From the IMG/VR virus record IMGVR_UViG_3300020331_000002: DNA of 64,000 bases. The stretch is one strand, 5' to 3'. The notes beneath the pieces are model-generated. The model was not told where the DNA came from. It was given only the letters and a program-made list of their open reading frames with translations, and did not search any database. Positions 47,606 through 57,410 of the stretch are shown here, piece by piece. The DNA comes from a virus. Its lineage: Duplodnaviria; Caudoviricetes. Position numbers and translations under genes: made by a program. Each line of letters opens with the position of its first letter. Position 1 is the stretch's first letter.

Positions 47606-48693
47606 AAGGTATCTTAGCGTCAGTATTTGAAATACCCGCATCTATCCGTAACACTTCTACGGTGCCGGATGTGTTGCCTGTGTTAAAGACCGTACTCGAC
47701 ATTTCTGGCAAAAACAACGCATCGAATGCAGTGCATATATCTGCTTTCAGTGAAGTAACAGAAATACTAGTACCTGATGGTACCTATAGCGTAAGTGAGG
47801 TGGTTACCGCAGCAAAGGAAAACGCCCTAAAACTTTTCGTATCAACAACCAATAGATTGTATTCCGATGCGACAAACAAGAAACGACCTACTAACGAAGA
47901 CCTCGAGGCAGTAATAGACCATAAAAATGAAGCGGTGGAGATATCTATCAAGTGCTTCCATACCAGTGTCAATCTTTTTTTGTCGTTTTACGAAACGGCG
48001 GGAGGGATATTGCTACACTCTGAATCAGGTCCCGCGCTTGTAATAACCACTAGATCTACTGAATATCCGCTTGAGAACACCGATATAAAGATATACGCAG
48101 AGTATGGATTATTACATAGAACGGGTGATCTGCCTGCTCTTACGAGTAGTTATTGTGTTGGTATATTAGGGAATCGGTTCCATCAGAAATGCTACGCAGA
48201 AAATGGACTAGTAGGAAGAAACAATACTGCTCCTGCTTTGATCGTTGAGAAGTACAGGGTAAGAGAAGGGTTCGAAGACGAGATATCTACAAAAACCCGT
48301 TTATACGCAAAGAACGGGAAGGTTGATCTAAGCTCGCAAGACTATTACATGGTGCATGAATCGTTTAGGCCGGATAAACCAGCGCTATTAGAGATGACGG
48401 TTGATGAAACTGGACACCCAGTTTTACACACGTACTGGCCAAAAAACGGTAAGCTAGTAAGATCCAACTCGCGCTATTTAGATGACAGCCTGACATATTT
48501 ACACCGCGTCGACGGTCCGGCGGCAGTGTTTGCCTATGCCGGTGGAAGAACCGGTATTGAGTATTGGTATCGTGGCGTGCCGTGTACTATAGATCAATAT
48601 TTGCGTATGAACAATGAACTTACAGATAGTGAAAAAGCAACAATCAGGCTTGGACACGAAAAGACAAACTGCGTGAGATACGTAGATAAATAA
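47602..48693 (+). CDS. HRxDGPA-repeat protein, paralog 4
   Basis: LHSESGPA, LHRTGDLPA, LHRVDGPA; C-terminal LTDSEKATIRLG. Confidence 0.8.
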   Translation: MKGILASVFEIPASIRNTSTVPDVLPVLKTVLDISGKNNASNAVHISAFSEVTEILVPDGTYSVSEVVTAAKENALKLFVSTTNRLYSDATNKKRPTNEDLEAVIDHKNEAVEISIKCFHTSVNLFLSFYETAGGILLHSESGPALVITTRSTEYPLENTDIKIYAEYGLLHRTGDLPALTSSYCVGILGNRFHQKCYAENGLVGRNNTAPALIVEKYRVREGFEDEISTKTRLYAKNGKVDLSSQDYYMVHESFRPDKPALLEMTVDETGHPVLHTYWPKNGKLVRSNSRYLDDSLTYLHRVDGPAAVFAYAGGRTGIEYWYRGVPCTIDQYLRMNNELTDSEKATIRLGHEKTNCVRYVDK

Positions 48694-48724
48694 ACAAAAA
48701 CAACTATAAAAGGACAAGACAAAC

Positions 48725-49105
48725 ATGATTACATATAGTATATTTTTCGATAAGAGATTCAGCGAAGCTTTCACTCGACTAGTCGAGCTACCAATGAAGC
48801 CGGCATTGTCGCAGAAGTTCAGTAAAATGGCCGAAACGATAAGCAGTGCTGAGCAAAGTTTTGGTGAAGAATACGGTGCTATTGTCAAGGAGTGCGTCAA
48901 ACTAGACGACTCAGGCAACCCGGTAACTACCGATAACGGTGGTGTAGTTATAGCCGAAGATAAAACAGAGTACTATAAGAACTCTATTGCTGAATTAAAA
49001 CAGAAACCAATTCAGGGCGTTGTTCCTGTCTATATTTCTGACTTGGGTGATGACATTAAAATATCACCTAAAGACTTAGGGGTATTACGGGAAGTCCTAG
49101 TATAA
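48725..49105 (+). CDS. Hypothetical protein
   Basis: 126-aa ORF; ATAAATA at 48686-48692. Confidence 0.7.
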   Translation: MITYSIFFDKRFSEAFTRLVELPMKPALSQKFSKMAETISSAEQSFGEEYGAIVKECVKLDDSGNPVTTDNGGVVIAEDKTEYYKNSIAELKQKPIQGVVPVYISDLGDDIKISPKDLGVLREVLV

Positions 49106-49114
49106 GGAAAACTC

Positions 49115-49639
49115 ATGTATAACAGCGGCAGCATATCAATATTGACGTTGGACACAGCGGCAAACAATGTCCGGCAGTTAACATACAACTGTTTGGATAT
49201 AGTTCGTGAAGGTTACGCACGCACTGGGATCTACCCTGGTGACTTCAAAGACCTGCCGCCACCGGCTTTGAGCGTTGAAGAAGTAGAATCATCGATCGTG
49301 CTATCCACAAGGGCTTTCGGCGAACTAGAGTTTTTTTGTGGTGCCACTGTTGACTTTTTGCGGGAGATGGATTCGTCTATCTCCCAGTACGGTGTGAGTA
49401 TCACCAATCTCGAAATAGGCGTATCCAGCATATCCAAAAAGGTTGATGAATTAGAGGATCGCATGCGGAGGATTTTCGAAGCACTTGAAAATGCTGCGCC
49501 GGATACTACGGTCGCAGACCTAAAGAGTATGATTTACTATAGTTATAAACTCGACGAGATAGATGCCCAGGTAAAGGATAATGGTGGCGCTGACGCTTTC
49601 GCGCATTTAGATAATATGGTTAAGAAATCTTATGGATAA
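49115..49639 (+). CDS. Hypothetical coiled-coil protein
   Basis: AAGGA SD, heptad-like C-half. Confidence 0.7.
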   Translation: MYNSGSISILTLDTAANNVRQLTYNCLDIVREGYARTGIYPGDFKDLPPPALSVEEVESSIVLSTRAFGELEFFCGATVDFLREMDSSISQYGVSITNLEIGVSSISKKVDELEDRMRRIFEALENAAPDTTVADLKSMIYYSYKLDEIDAQVKDNGGADAFAHLDNMVKKSYG

Positions 49640-49883
49640 CGACGATAATACATACGACGGGTCTTTGGTTGCTAACCTTATCGACACGTCAACTCTTAGT
49701 ATCGAAGGCCGTTCTTTATGGGATAATGCACTGGCGCCGCAGGCTGAAGTAATTACGGCTGAATCAGACGAGATTAAAGCATTGAGACTGTTACTCGAGG
49801 CCATAGATATGCTACCCGACGACAATGAACTAAAACAAACCCTCAACTCACTTCGTGCATCAATTAAGTTACAAGGCGAATAA
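49632..49883 (+). CDS. Hypothetical protein
   Basis: Overlaps the upstream gene. Confidence 0.65.
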   Translation: MDNDDNTYDGSLVANLIDTSTLSIEGRSLWDNALAPQAEVITAESDEIKALRLLLEAIDMLPDDNELKQTLNSLRASIKLQGE

Positions 49884-49889
49884 TAATAA

Positions 49890-50171
49890 ATGAATATCAA
49901 CGATGTATTAGGCCAAGCACTAACAGTGCCTGGATTTTTCGGTACGCTAGGCAGCGCTTGTGTTATCCTTGCATATTACTTAAATGTTATGGAAAAGGCA
50001 GGCACGTTTTCGTATCGTTATACACTCTTAAACTTGAGCGGCGCCCTCATGCTGACATTCAGTTTAGTTTACCATCCCAACCTACCTTCGCTCGTTATTG
50101 AAATGTTTTGGATTTATATTAGCGTAACCGGGCTTTATAAGACATGGCAGAAAAAGAAAATTACGGGATAG
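49890..50171 (+). CDS. Small three-helix membrane protein (CBU_0592/SemiSWEET-like)
   Basis: GTLGSACVILAYYL, YTLLNLSGALML and NLPSLVIEMFWIYIS pattern. Confidence 0.65.
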   Translation: MNINDVLGQALTVPGFFGTLGSACVILAYYLNVMEKAGTFSYRYTLLNLSGALMLTFSLVYHPNLPSLVIEMFWIYISVTGLYKTWQKKKITG

Positions 50172-50356
50172 CGCGATGCGGTGGTTGTGGTGATTTTTTC
50201 ACCGCGCCCACGCACTCAAAACCATTACCGTCAGTTACCACACCATTAAACGATGTCGACTACGCTATTCTGAATCACGCCGGTATTGACATAGAGCAAC
50301 TTCCTGTACCTACCACCTGTTGCGCGACGTGCTACCGAGAAATATTTTATCGATAA
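50144..50356 (+). CDS. Small Zn-ribbon hypothetical protein
   Basis: CGGC and CATC pairs. Confidence 0.55.
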   Translation: MAEKENYGIARCGGCGDFFTAPTHSKPLPSVTTPLNDVDYAILNHAGIDIEQLPVPTTCCATCYREIFYR

Positions 50357-50368
50357 TAAAAATTCTGT

Positions 50369-50397
50369 TTGATTAATTCTTTAAAGTTTGCTAATAT
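50369..50397 (+). promoter_or_regulatory. Sigma70-like promoter for rIIA/rIIB
   Basis: TTGATT-17 nt-TAATAT. Confidence 0.65.
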
Positions 50398-50431
50398 TGA
50401 ATTATAGTTTAACCAAGCTTTAAGGTATGTA

Positions 50432-53239
50432 ATGAAAGTCACAACCAAAGGAAAAGAAACACGGACTTCGAGCGGCGTTGCCTCGACAGGCTTTACCATA
50501 AAATCTAACGCACACGCTTTTAAGATATTATCAAGCAACATGTATTCAAACCCACGACACGCTATTATTCGTGAGTTGTCTACTAACGCACTTGACGCGC
50601 ACGCGATGAATGGTAACACCGAGAAGCCGTTTGATGTGACCCTCCCGACGCAGTTTAATCCAGTATTCGTGTTAAGGGATTATGGCCCTGGCTTGGATAT
50701 AGACAATGCAACTAATCTCTATACCACGTATTTCGACAGCACTAAAAACGACGACAACAAAGCCGTAGGCGGTCTGGGCCTTGGATCCAAATCACCACTC
50801 GGTTATACAGACATTTTTAATGTTGTGTCTTACCACGAAGGAAAAGCACACTATTTCGCTGTAATTATTAATGAAGAAGGCCTCCCGTCTATCAACCATT
50901 TGGGCAGCTCGGACACTGACGAACCGTCAGGACTTGAAGTTTCAGTACCGATGAAAAACAACGAATCTTCTGAACGTGCACATTGGCTGGCTGAAGCTAT
51001 CGACATTTACATGTGGTTCCCTGAAGGCTCTGTTAATATTGTTAATCCGTCGGCGTACGATGACCGTCTTATTGATGAAGATATAGCTAGTATCGTCCAG
51101 GCAGGCAAAGTAGCGCTAGAAGAAGCCGCTGACTACGATATAGTGTCGTATTCTACTAACGTATACTTCGATGGAGGCAATAGCAGGTTGAATTATCACA
51201 CCTCCAAAGTACGGATACGTAGCTCGGGCCTTTACGCTCAAATGGGGCCTATAATTTACCCAGTCAGTATGGACCGTTTGGTGCTTCCAAACAACATGAC
51301 TTTAAACGCGCCTGACTCCGCAGTAGTAATGGAGTTTGGTATAGGCGAACTTACGATTGCACCTTCCCGTGAAGAACTCCACTATGACGACGAAACAGTC
51401 TCTGCCTTAAGTAAACGTATATGGCAAGCAGTTAACAACACAATCACAAGTATCACAGATGCAGTTGAAGAAATACAAACCGTTGATCAAGTAATTGAAA
51501 TGGCTAAGAACGGCCTGGAACTTGATGTGCCGGGCGGCACGTATGCAGCTCGTATGGCCAGTATGGACTTTCGTTCGCTATTAAGCGATCGTGTCCAGAA
51601 AATCGTTGACGCTCAGTATAATCCTATACTATCTGTATCGACACTTTCTTTAGATTCTGAACGAGTAGCACATAAGAAGAACAAGTACCGTATTAACCTT
51701 AGTATGTCAATACCTGACTTGTTTGTGACACATGGTACTATACCTGTAGAAGATGTGGCTGAGGTCAAACAAGCGCTTTGTCGTGCACGTATGATGAAAG
51801 CCGATAAGACATTTGACGTTGTCTATACAGAAGTAGTACACCGACACATACTGGACAAAGTTTACGAAAACTATTTGGAATCTGACCAAGCCGAAGAAGT
51901 AGTTGAAGCAGTTGCCGAACTGCTAGGCCTTGACCCTAGCGATGAATACTTTGACGAGACAGACTTGCCGTTGGGTAGGCTGTACCCGCGACACTTAAAG
52001 GGTTTAGTGGATGACGGTTTCGAAAACTTCGAGACTGCTTATGCTTTTGAATATGATTTCGGCAAGACGTGGACTCGTACTTGGACAAGTAGCAACTTTT
52101 TCAAAGACAGTGTAGAGATTTTGATTGAAGACAAGGCAGGCTACGTTAATGCTTGGCGTCAATACGTTAAGGAAAATCGTGCTTACTACTGCAACATAAG
52201 TATTCTAGCAAACGAAAAAGATGCTAAGCTAATCAAAGCGTTCCTCGATGCTGTTGACTTAAAAGTATCACACTACGGTAACGTAAGTGATTTTGAACCT
52301 GTAGTTGATATTAGGGAAGCCAACCGTCGCGATACATCTGCTATGAATATTGGTGTCCGCCGCGTGCGCAAAGACGGGTCGCTAATTGATTCTTATTTAG
52401 AAAACTGGGATGTTGTTAGCGTACACTCTGATACCACTGTGTACGTGAGCATAGACGCAGGTACGTTGTCGTCGCCGTATTCTACTGAGACAATGGAAGC
52501 GTGTAGTAAGTATTCTGACCAAGTTAAAGAGCTAGTTAACAAGGCCTATACGCTGCCCTCAGGTGACCCTGTTTCTAGAATATTGTTTTATACTGCAAGT
52601 AAACGGAATGTGAAGGCTATCGAAAACCTTGAAAATTGTTTGTCTGTGCAGTTAAAAGACTTCCGTGGTAAAATATCTGAAATGGCAGTAGTAGATCACA
52701 AAGACTACATTGATTCTATTAAAGGGGTATCGGCCGGCGAACTAGCAGGTAATATACCGAGCTTTATAATGGAAACTATAGAGTTCATATCGGATAATTG
52801 TCCTGATCTTAGATTTAAGATAGATGATGATTTTACTAGTAAATACGTCAACAAGGTCTTAACAATTACGTCAGCTACTACGAGCAACACCTACCAGTTC
52901 CTAGAGGCAGTAATTGGTAAACAAGACTTTCATGCTATTATTGAAGACGAGTCTTCAAAAGAAAGTAAAATGTTGCGGGACGCGACGTTCTGTGGTAAAA
53001 TTGCTAACGTCTTCGCGACACCGGTACTGTATTCGTTTGTACGCGGCTTGAGACTCGCGCAGAACAGTGCTTATTCTTATACAGGCATTTACGACTGTAG
53101 TTCGTGCGAACTAACGCGATATGATGGTCAGAAGCGTATTGTTCGCATACCGGAAGTTTCTATCAAAGAAGCGCTAAGACAAGCACGGAATATAATACGA
53201 GATCAGGTAATAACTGATACTAACACAGGAGAGGAATAA
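50432..53239 (+). CDS. rIIA: rIIA-like protein (N-terminal GHKL ATPase)
   Basis: LSSNMYSNP..AIIRELSTNALDAH, RDYGPGL, STK, GGLGLGSKSP, PSREELHY. Confidence 0.92.
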   Translation: MKVTTKGKETRTSSGVASTGFTIKSNAHAFKILSSNMYSNPRHAIIRELSTNALDAHAMNGNTEKPFDVTLPTQFNPVFVLRDYGPGLDIDNATNLYTTYFDSTKNDDNKAVGGLGLGSKSPLGYTDIFNVVSYHEGKAHYFAVIINEEGLPSINHLGSSDTDEPSGLEVSVPMKNNESSERAHWLAEAIDIYMWFPEGSVNIVNPSAYDDRLIDEDIASIVQAGKVALEEAADYDIVSYSTNVYFDGGNSRLNYHTSKVRIRSSGLYAQMGPIIYPVSMDRLVLPNNMTLNAPDSAVVMEFGIGELTIAPSREELHYDDETVSALSKRIWQAVNNTITSITDAVEEIQTVDQVIEMAKNGLELDVPGGTYAARMASMDFRSLLSDRVQKIVDAQYNPILSVSTLSLDSERVAHKKNKYRINLSMSIPDLFVTHGTIPVEDVAEVKQALCRARMMKADKTFDVVYTEVVHRHILDKVYENYLESDQAEEVVEAVAELLGLDPSDEYFDETDLPLGRLYPRHLKGLVDDGFENFETAYAFEYDFGKTWTRTWTSSNFFKDSVEILIEDKAGYVNAWRQYVKENRAYYCNISILANEKDAKLIKAFLDAVDLKVSHYGNVSDFEPVVDIREANRRDTSAMNIGVRRVRKDGSLIDSYLENWDVVSVHSDTTVYVSIDAGTLSSPYSTETMEACSKYSDQVKELVNKAYTLPSGDPVSRILFYTASKRNVKAIENLENCLSVQLKDFRGKISEMAVVDHKDYIDSIKGVSAGELAGNIPSFIMETIEFISDNCPDLRFKIDDDFTSKYVNKVLTITSATTSNTYQFLEAVIGKQDFHAIIEDESSKESKMLRDATFCGKIANVFATPVLYSFVRGLRLAQNSAYSYTGIYDCSSCELTRYDGQKRIVRIPEVSIKEALRQARNIIRDQVITDTNTGEE

Positions 53240-54576
53240 TGATATCGTATATCATACGTGAAGATAGTGTTGTCGTTTTCGTAGACGGCAAACAACACAT
53301 CGTTTCACAGAGTAATCACCCGCGATTTGCTGGTATTGTAGATGCCATTGATCGTGAAGACCATGAGTATATTCGAGAGAATATAAACGTCAAGGACGCA
53401 ATAACTCGTGAAATCACCGGCGCTTGTGAAGGCCGTGTAGAAGTAACCGACTCACAAGTATTGTTTAACGGGGCGGTTGTTACCAACTCAATCGGTAAGC
53501 GTATCCTTAGATGTATCGAACAAAAGCTACCGTTCAGACCACTGATGCGCTTCCTAGACAATATCATGGAAAACCCGTCTCGTACGGCAGTTGAAGAACT
53601 GTTCTTGTTTTTAGAACATAACGACTTGCCAATTACAGACGACGGTCACTTGCTTGCATATAAGAGCGTAACGGAAAACTTCAAAGACCGTCACACTGGT
53701 ACTATCGACAACTCGCCTGGCCGGGTAGTGGAAATGCCGCGTGAAGAAGTAGATAGCGAACGTGAAAGAACATGTTCATCCGGTTTGCACTTTTGCGCGT
53801 TGCACTACTTGAGCACGGCCTACGGGTATGGCGGCCAAGTGGTTATCCTTAAAATTAACCCGCGTGACGTAGTAAGTATTCCGTCGGACTACAATAACTC
53901 TAAGGGCCGCTGCTGTCGTTACGAAGTGCTATGTAAACAAAACAAACCAGGCGACGATATTCTAGCTCAAGGCCCAGCAGTAGTTGAGACCGAAGCGGTT
54001 AAAGATATCGTGAACAAGACTTCTACAGAAGTATATAACACTGACGGTAGTGAGTTTGTTCCTGAAGAGCGTGGATCAACTGTGCACTTTGAAAAACCAG
54101 TTGATGAAGTACCGGAAGAAGATGAAGAAAAGCCAGCCGAAACTGTTACTGAGTCTAATGTTCCTGGCGAACTACAGGTACCCTCTGCTACAGATGAAGC
54201 CCATCCGTTTGTTGGTAAAACTTTAGCGCTCTTCAGTGTGCAAGGCACGTTCTATAACGGTCGTCGTTACGTTGAAGCTAAGCTTCCTGTTTACGTTGCA
54301 TTAGAAGATGGCATGAGCTTAGACGACGCTGCTGAAATTCTAATAGAGTGTGAAGAAGCTGTTCGCTACCGTGTTTCTAACTTCCGTGTAGGTGCCAAGC
54401 AAACCTTACTAGTTAGACGCAGTGACGGTCCTGATTCACTTAATGTTGAGATTCAGAGCACTGGTAAGGTTAAGCTTAATAAACACGTTTCGTTTAACGG
54501 CGTATGTGTTGAAAGCACAGAAGACGGCAAAACTTTGATTGGTCTTAACGTCGGAAGCCCAGGCCGCTTAGAATAA
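53239..54576 (+). CDS. rIIB: rIIB-like protein with C-terminal extension
   Basis: ELFLFL..LPITDDG.LLAYK, CSSGLHFC, INPRDVVSIPSDYNNSKGRCCRYEV. Confidence 0.92.
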   Translation: MISYIIREDSVVVFVDGKQHIVSQSNHPRFAGIVDAIDREDHEYIRENINVKDAITREITGACEGRVEVTDSQVLFNGAVVTNSIGKRILRCIEQKLPFRPLMRFLDNIMENPSRTAVEELFLFLEHNDLPITDDGHLLAYKSVTENFKDRHTGTIDNSPGRVVEMPREEVDSERERTCSSGLHFCALHYLSTAYGYGGQVVILKINPRDVVSIPSDYNNSKGRCCRYEVLCKQNKPGDDILAQGPAVVETEAVKDIVNKTSTEVYNTDGSEFVPEERGSTVHFEKPVDEVPEEDEEKPAETVTESNVPGELQVPSATDEAHPFVGKTLALFSVQGTFYNGRRYVEAKLPVYVALEDGMSLDDAAEILIECEEAVRYRVSNFRVGAKQTLLVRRSDGPDSLNVEIQSTGKVKLNKHVSFNGVCVESTEDGKTLIGLNVGSPGRLE

Positions 54577-54588
54577 AACACACAAAAG

Positions 54589-54611
54589 AAGGGGGCTAGT
54601 CCCCCTTAGTT
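54589..54611 (+). terminator. Probable terminator
   Basis: AAGGGGG-ctagt-CCCCCTT. Confidence 0.6.
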
Positions 54612-54635
54612 CATAGATAAAAAGAATAATAAATT

Positions 54636-55517
54636 ATGGATACTTTTGACACACAGTATTACGAGCTTCTTCTCCATTTGGTGAATGTAGCTGAAGAAAA
54701 ACCTTCATCCCGCCCGGGCATGAAAACAAAGTCGACATTCGGGCATTCTATGTCAGTTGACTTGAGTGACTCCCTCCCGTTGACTACATTGCGCAAGACT
54801 CCGCTTAGATGGATATTTGAAGAAACAATGATGTTTGTGCGCGGTGAATCACAAACAAAAGTTCTAGAAGAAACCGGGATTACTATTTGGAAAGGTAATT
54901 CAAGCCGTGAGTTCTTAGATAACAAAGGTCATACTGATTGGCCGGAAGGTGAAATCGGTCCTGGCTCCTATGGCGCCCTGTGGCGTGCGTTCCCCGGCAA
55001 GGACGGCAAGACTGTCGATCAACTTAAACAGCTTGTAGACGGGCTAAAGAATAACCCGTACGACCGTAGACACTTAATTAGTGCATGGCATCCACAGTAC
55101 TCAGTAGATTTTGCTGCGCTACCCGCATGCCACATATTACAGCAATATGATGTAACCCCTAGCGGCAAGCTAAACAGCAACTTTTACATGAGATCCAACG
55201 ATGTGTTGTTCGGCTTGCCGTTTAATATGGCACAGTACGCGTTTATGAATATTTGTATTGCTAAACTCGTTGGACTTGAGCCCGGTAAACTTACTTATAT
55301 GTGTGGTGATTCACACATTTATGAAAACCAGTACGCGGCGTCTGAATATTTATTGTTACAGACAGAGCAAATGGATATTCCGCCACCGCCGAAACTAGAA
55401 ATTACAAAAGAGCTAAACACCTTAGATGACTTTGTAGACCTCAAGTACACAGACTTGCAACTAACAGGCTATAATCCTAATCCGGATATACCGAATAAAC
55501 CAAAAATGGCCGTTTAA
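54636..55517 (+). CDS. thyA: Thymidylate synthase
   Basis: LPACH, YMRSND, GLPFN (dUMP-specifying Asn), GDSHIYENQ, C-terminal MAV. Confidence 0.96.
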   Translation: MDTFDTQYYELLLHLVNVAEEKPSSRPGMKTKSTFGHSMSVDLSDSLPLTTLRKTPLRWIFEETMMFVRGESQTKVLEETGITIWKGNSSREFLDNKGHTDWPEGEIGPGSYGALWRAFPGKDGKTVDQLKQLVDGLKNNPYDRRHLISAWHPQYSVDFAALPACHILQQYDVTPSGKLNSNFYMRSNDVLFGLPFNMAQYAFMNICIAKLVGLEPGKLTYMCGDSHIYENQYAASEYLLLQTEQMDIPPPPKLEITKELNTLDDFVDLKYTDLQLTGYNPNPDIPNKPKMAV

Positions 55518-55540
55518 TAGAACACACTCGATTTTTTTGA

Positions 55541-55590
55541 CTAAATAGTATTGTGACAAGGACAAGACGATCGTTGTTTGCGTCACAATA
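55541..55590 (+). promoter_or_regulatory. Late-type promoter plus long imperfect hairpin in the folE leader
   Basis: CTAAATA 55541-47; TATTGTGAC (55549-57) pairs with GTCACAATA (55582-90). Confidence 0.55.
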
Positions 55591-55626
55591 CAATTCACTA
55601 GTCATTAGATATGTAAGGAAAATCAA

Positions 55627-56316
55627 ATGTCATTTAATAAAACAAAAACTGACCCAGTTCTGGGCGCAAAAATCCAAGAACACTTGCTTGCGAAAGGTGT
55701 AGCAACTCCGGTTGTAGACGAGTTTCTAACAGTAGAAGCCAAAGAAAAAATATCTGTACTTGAAAAACACTTCTTTGAAATTTGGAAGAACTTAGGTATG
55801 GATATGACAGACGACAGTTTGTGCGAAACACCTAAGCGTATGGCTAAAATGTACGTGTTGGAAACAATGTGGGGCCTACTTCCTGAAAACTTTCCTAAGT
55901 GTACCGCCGTAGACAATAAAATGTCATATGACGAAATGGTTCTTGAGTGTAACATTAACGTTCAGTCTAACTGCGAGCACCACGGTGTGGTAATTGACGG
56001 TCTTGGTTATGTTGCATATATGCCCAAAGACAAAGTACTGGGTTTAAGCAAGATCAACCGTATTGTTGAATACTTTGCTAAACGGCCGCAAATCCAGGAG
56101 CGCTTAACAGAGCAAGTGTACTATGCGCTACAATACATTTTAGGTACCGACGACATCGCAGTTGTAGTCGACGCGACTCATTATTGTGTTAAGTCGCGCG
56201 GTGTTGAAGATACTGGGTCTAGCACTATGACTAGCAAGTTAGGTGGTCAGTTCAAAGAAAACCAAGCCCTTCGCCAAGAGTTCATGTCTCTAGTAAACGC
56301 GAAGCGCATCAAGTAA
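55627..56316 (+). CDS. folE: GTP cyclohydrolase I
   Basis: ETPKRMAKMY, SNCEHH, GLSKINRIV, RPQIQERLT, HYCVKSRGV. Confidence 0.97.
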   Translation: MSFNKTKTDPVLGAKIQEHLLAKGVATPVVDEFLTVEAKEKISVLEKHFFEIWKNLGMDMTDDSLCETPKRMAKMYVLETMWGLLPENFPKCTAVDNKMSYDEMVLECNINVQSNCEHHGVVIDGLGYVAYMPKDKVLGLSKINRIVEYFAKRPQIQERLTEQVYYALQYILGTDDIAVVVDATHYCVKSRGVEDTGSSTMTSKLGGQFKENQALRQEFMSLVNAKRIK

Positions 56317-56326
56317 GGGAGGCATT

Positions 56327-57334
56327 ATGGCCGAAAGTACAATGTTCTTGTCGAATATAAGCGTTGTGGATCATGCTTATATTGACGACATGGGTATGAT
56401 TATAGGCGGATCCTATAACCCTAGCTTTCTAGTAACTGGGAAAGTAACAGACGACGAAAGTGTGGTTATTGATTTCAGTACTGGTAAAAAAGCACTGAAG
56501 AAAATAATCGATCATGACGTTTACGGATTCGATCACAAGCTGTGGTTGATAGAAGGTTTTAGTAACGTGTCTACTGTTACTATCGTGTCGTCTGCTAAGC
56601 GCGAATACCTGAATAAGCAGTTTCTGGCGATCAGTGATCCCCGTCTTAAGCAGTACATGGAAGAAAGCGAAAAGACTATGTCTATGAGAAGTGATGTTGT
56701 TAGAATTACTTCTAGAGCGTTTGAGATCGATGTGCCGCGTGACGCGATTAAATGGGTGCAGAACCTTAAGCCGAGTAAAGACCTGCAAGAAATAGTAACC
56801 GAAGCGCTTGTTGCCTTGCTTGAAGAAAAGCTACAGGCCGAAGCCGATTACGAAGTTTCGCTCGAGTGCAAACTAGAGGTCACCGAACATGTGTATAATC
56901 AACATGTGCCGACCGCGCCGTTTAGATACACGCATGGATTAAAGTTCTCTACGTCTTGGGGATGCCAAAACATTGCCCACGGGCACTTGAGTTATATGCA
57001 GCTTATATTCGATGATATGACGAAGACTATTCGTCCTGAATACGTGAATGCAGTTGCCAAAGAGTTCGAAAACGTAGTGTTCGTGTTCAAAGAAAATGTC
57101 ATTGCACATGACGAAAAACACATCACTATCCAATACAGAACTAATCGCGGACATTTCCGTGCAAAGTATAACTTGAAACGTTTTGACGTTCGCTTGCTTG
57201 ATACTGAAACTACGGTAGAGTATCTAGTAGATCACATCTCCAAGTGTGATGCTGTACAGTCACTTCTTAAAGAAGGGCTTAAAGAGCTATACGTCAGTGA
57301 AGGGTTATCTAAGGGCGCTATGAAGCGGTTCTAA
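56327..57334 (+). CDS. QueD/PTPS-like tandem T-fold protein (long form)
   Basis: VIDFSTGKKALKKIID..FDHKL in the N-half; YTHGLK..GCQNIAHGH and ETTVEYL in the C-half; directly after folE. Confidence 0.7.
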   Translation: MAESTMFLSNISVVDHAYIDDMGMIIGGSYNPSFLVTGKVTDDESVVIDFSTGKKALKKIIDHDVYGFDHKLWLIEGFSNVSTVTIVSSAKREYLNKQFLAISDPRLKQYMEESEKTMSMRSDVVRITSRAFEIDVPRDAIKWVQNLKPSKDLQEIVTEALVALLEEKLQAEADYEVSLECKLEVTEHVYNQHVPTAPFRYTHGLKFSTSWGCQNIAHGHLSYMQLIFDDMTKTIRPEYVNAVAKEFENVVFVFKENVIAHDEKHITIQYRTNRGHFRAKYNLKRFDVRLLDTETTVEYLVDHISKCDAVQSLLKEGLKELYVSEGLSKGAMKRF

Positions 57335-57352
57335 TAATAACAACACTGAGAC

Positions 57353-57376
57353 AAAAAGGGACTTCGGTCCCTTTTT
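57353..57376. terminator. Intrinsic terminator with cUUCGg tetraloop
   Basis: AAAAAGGGAC-TTCG-GTCCCTTTTT. Confidence 0.92.
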
Positions 57377-57410
57377 TCTTAAATATGCTTATAGGAAATA
57401 GGAAATATTT

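Noticed and set aside
54636-55517. ThyA-family gene as a dCMP/dUMP hydroxymethylase supplying the glycosyltransferase
   Set aside because: It has the dUMP-type Asn (GLPFN) and the canonical C-terminal MAV, and DHFR is encoded in the window; it reads as ordinary thymidylate synthase.
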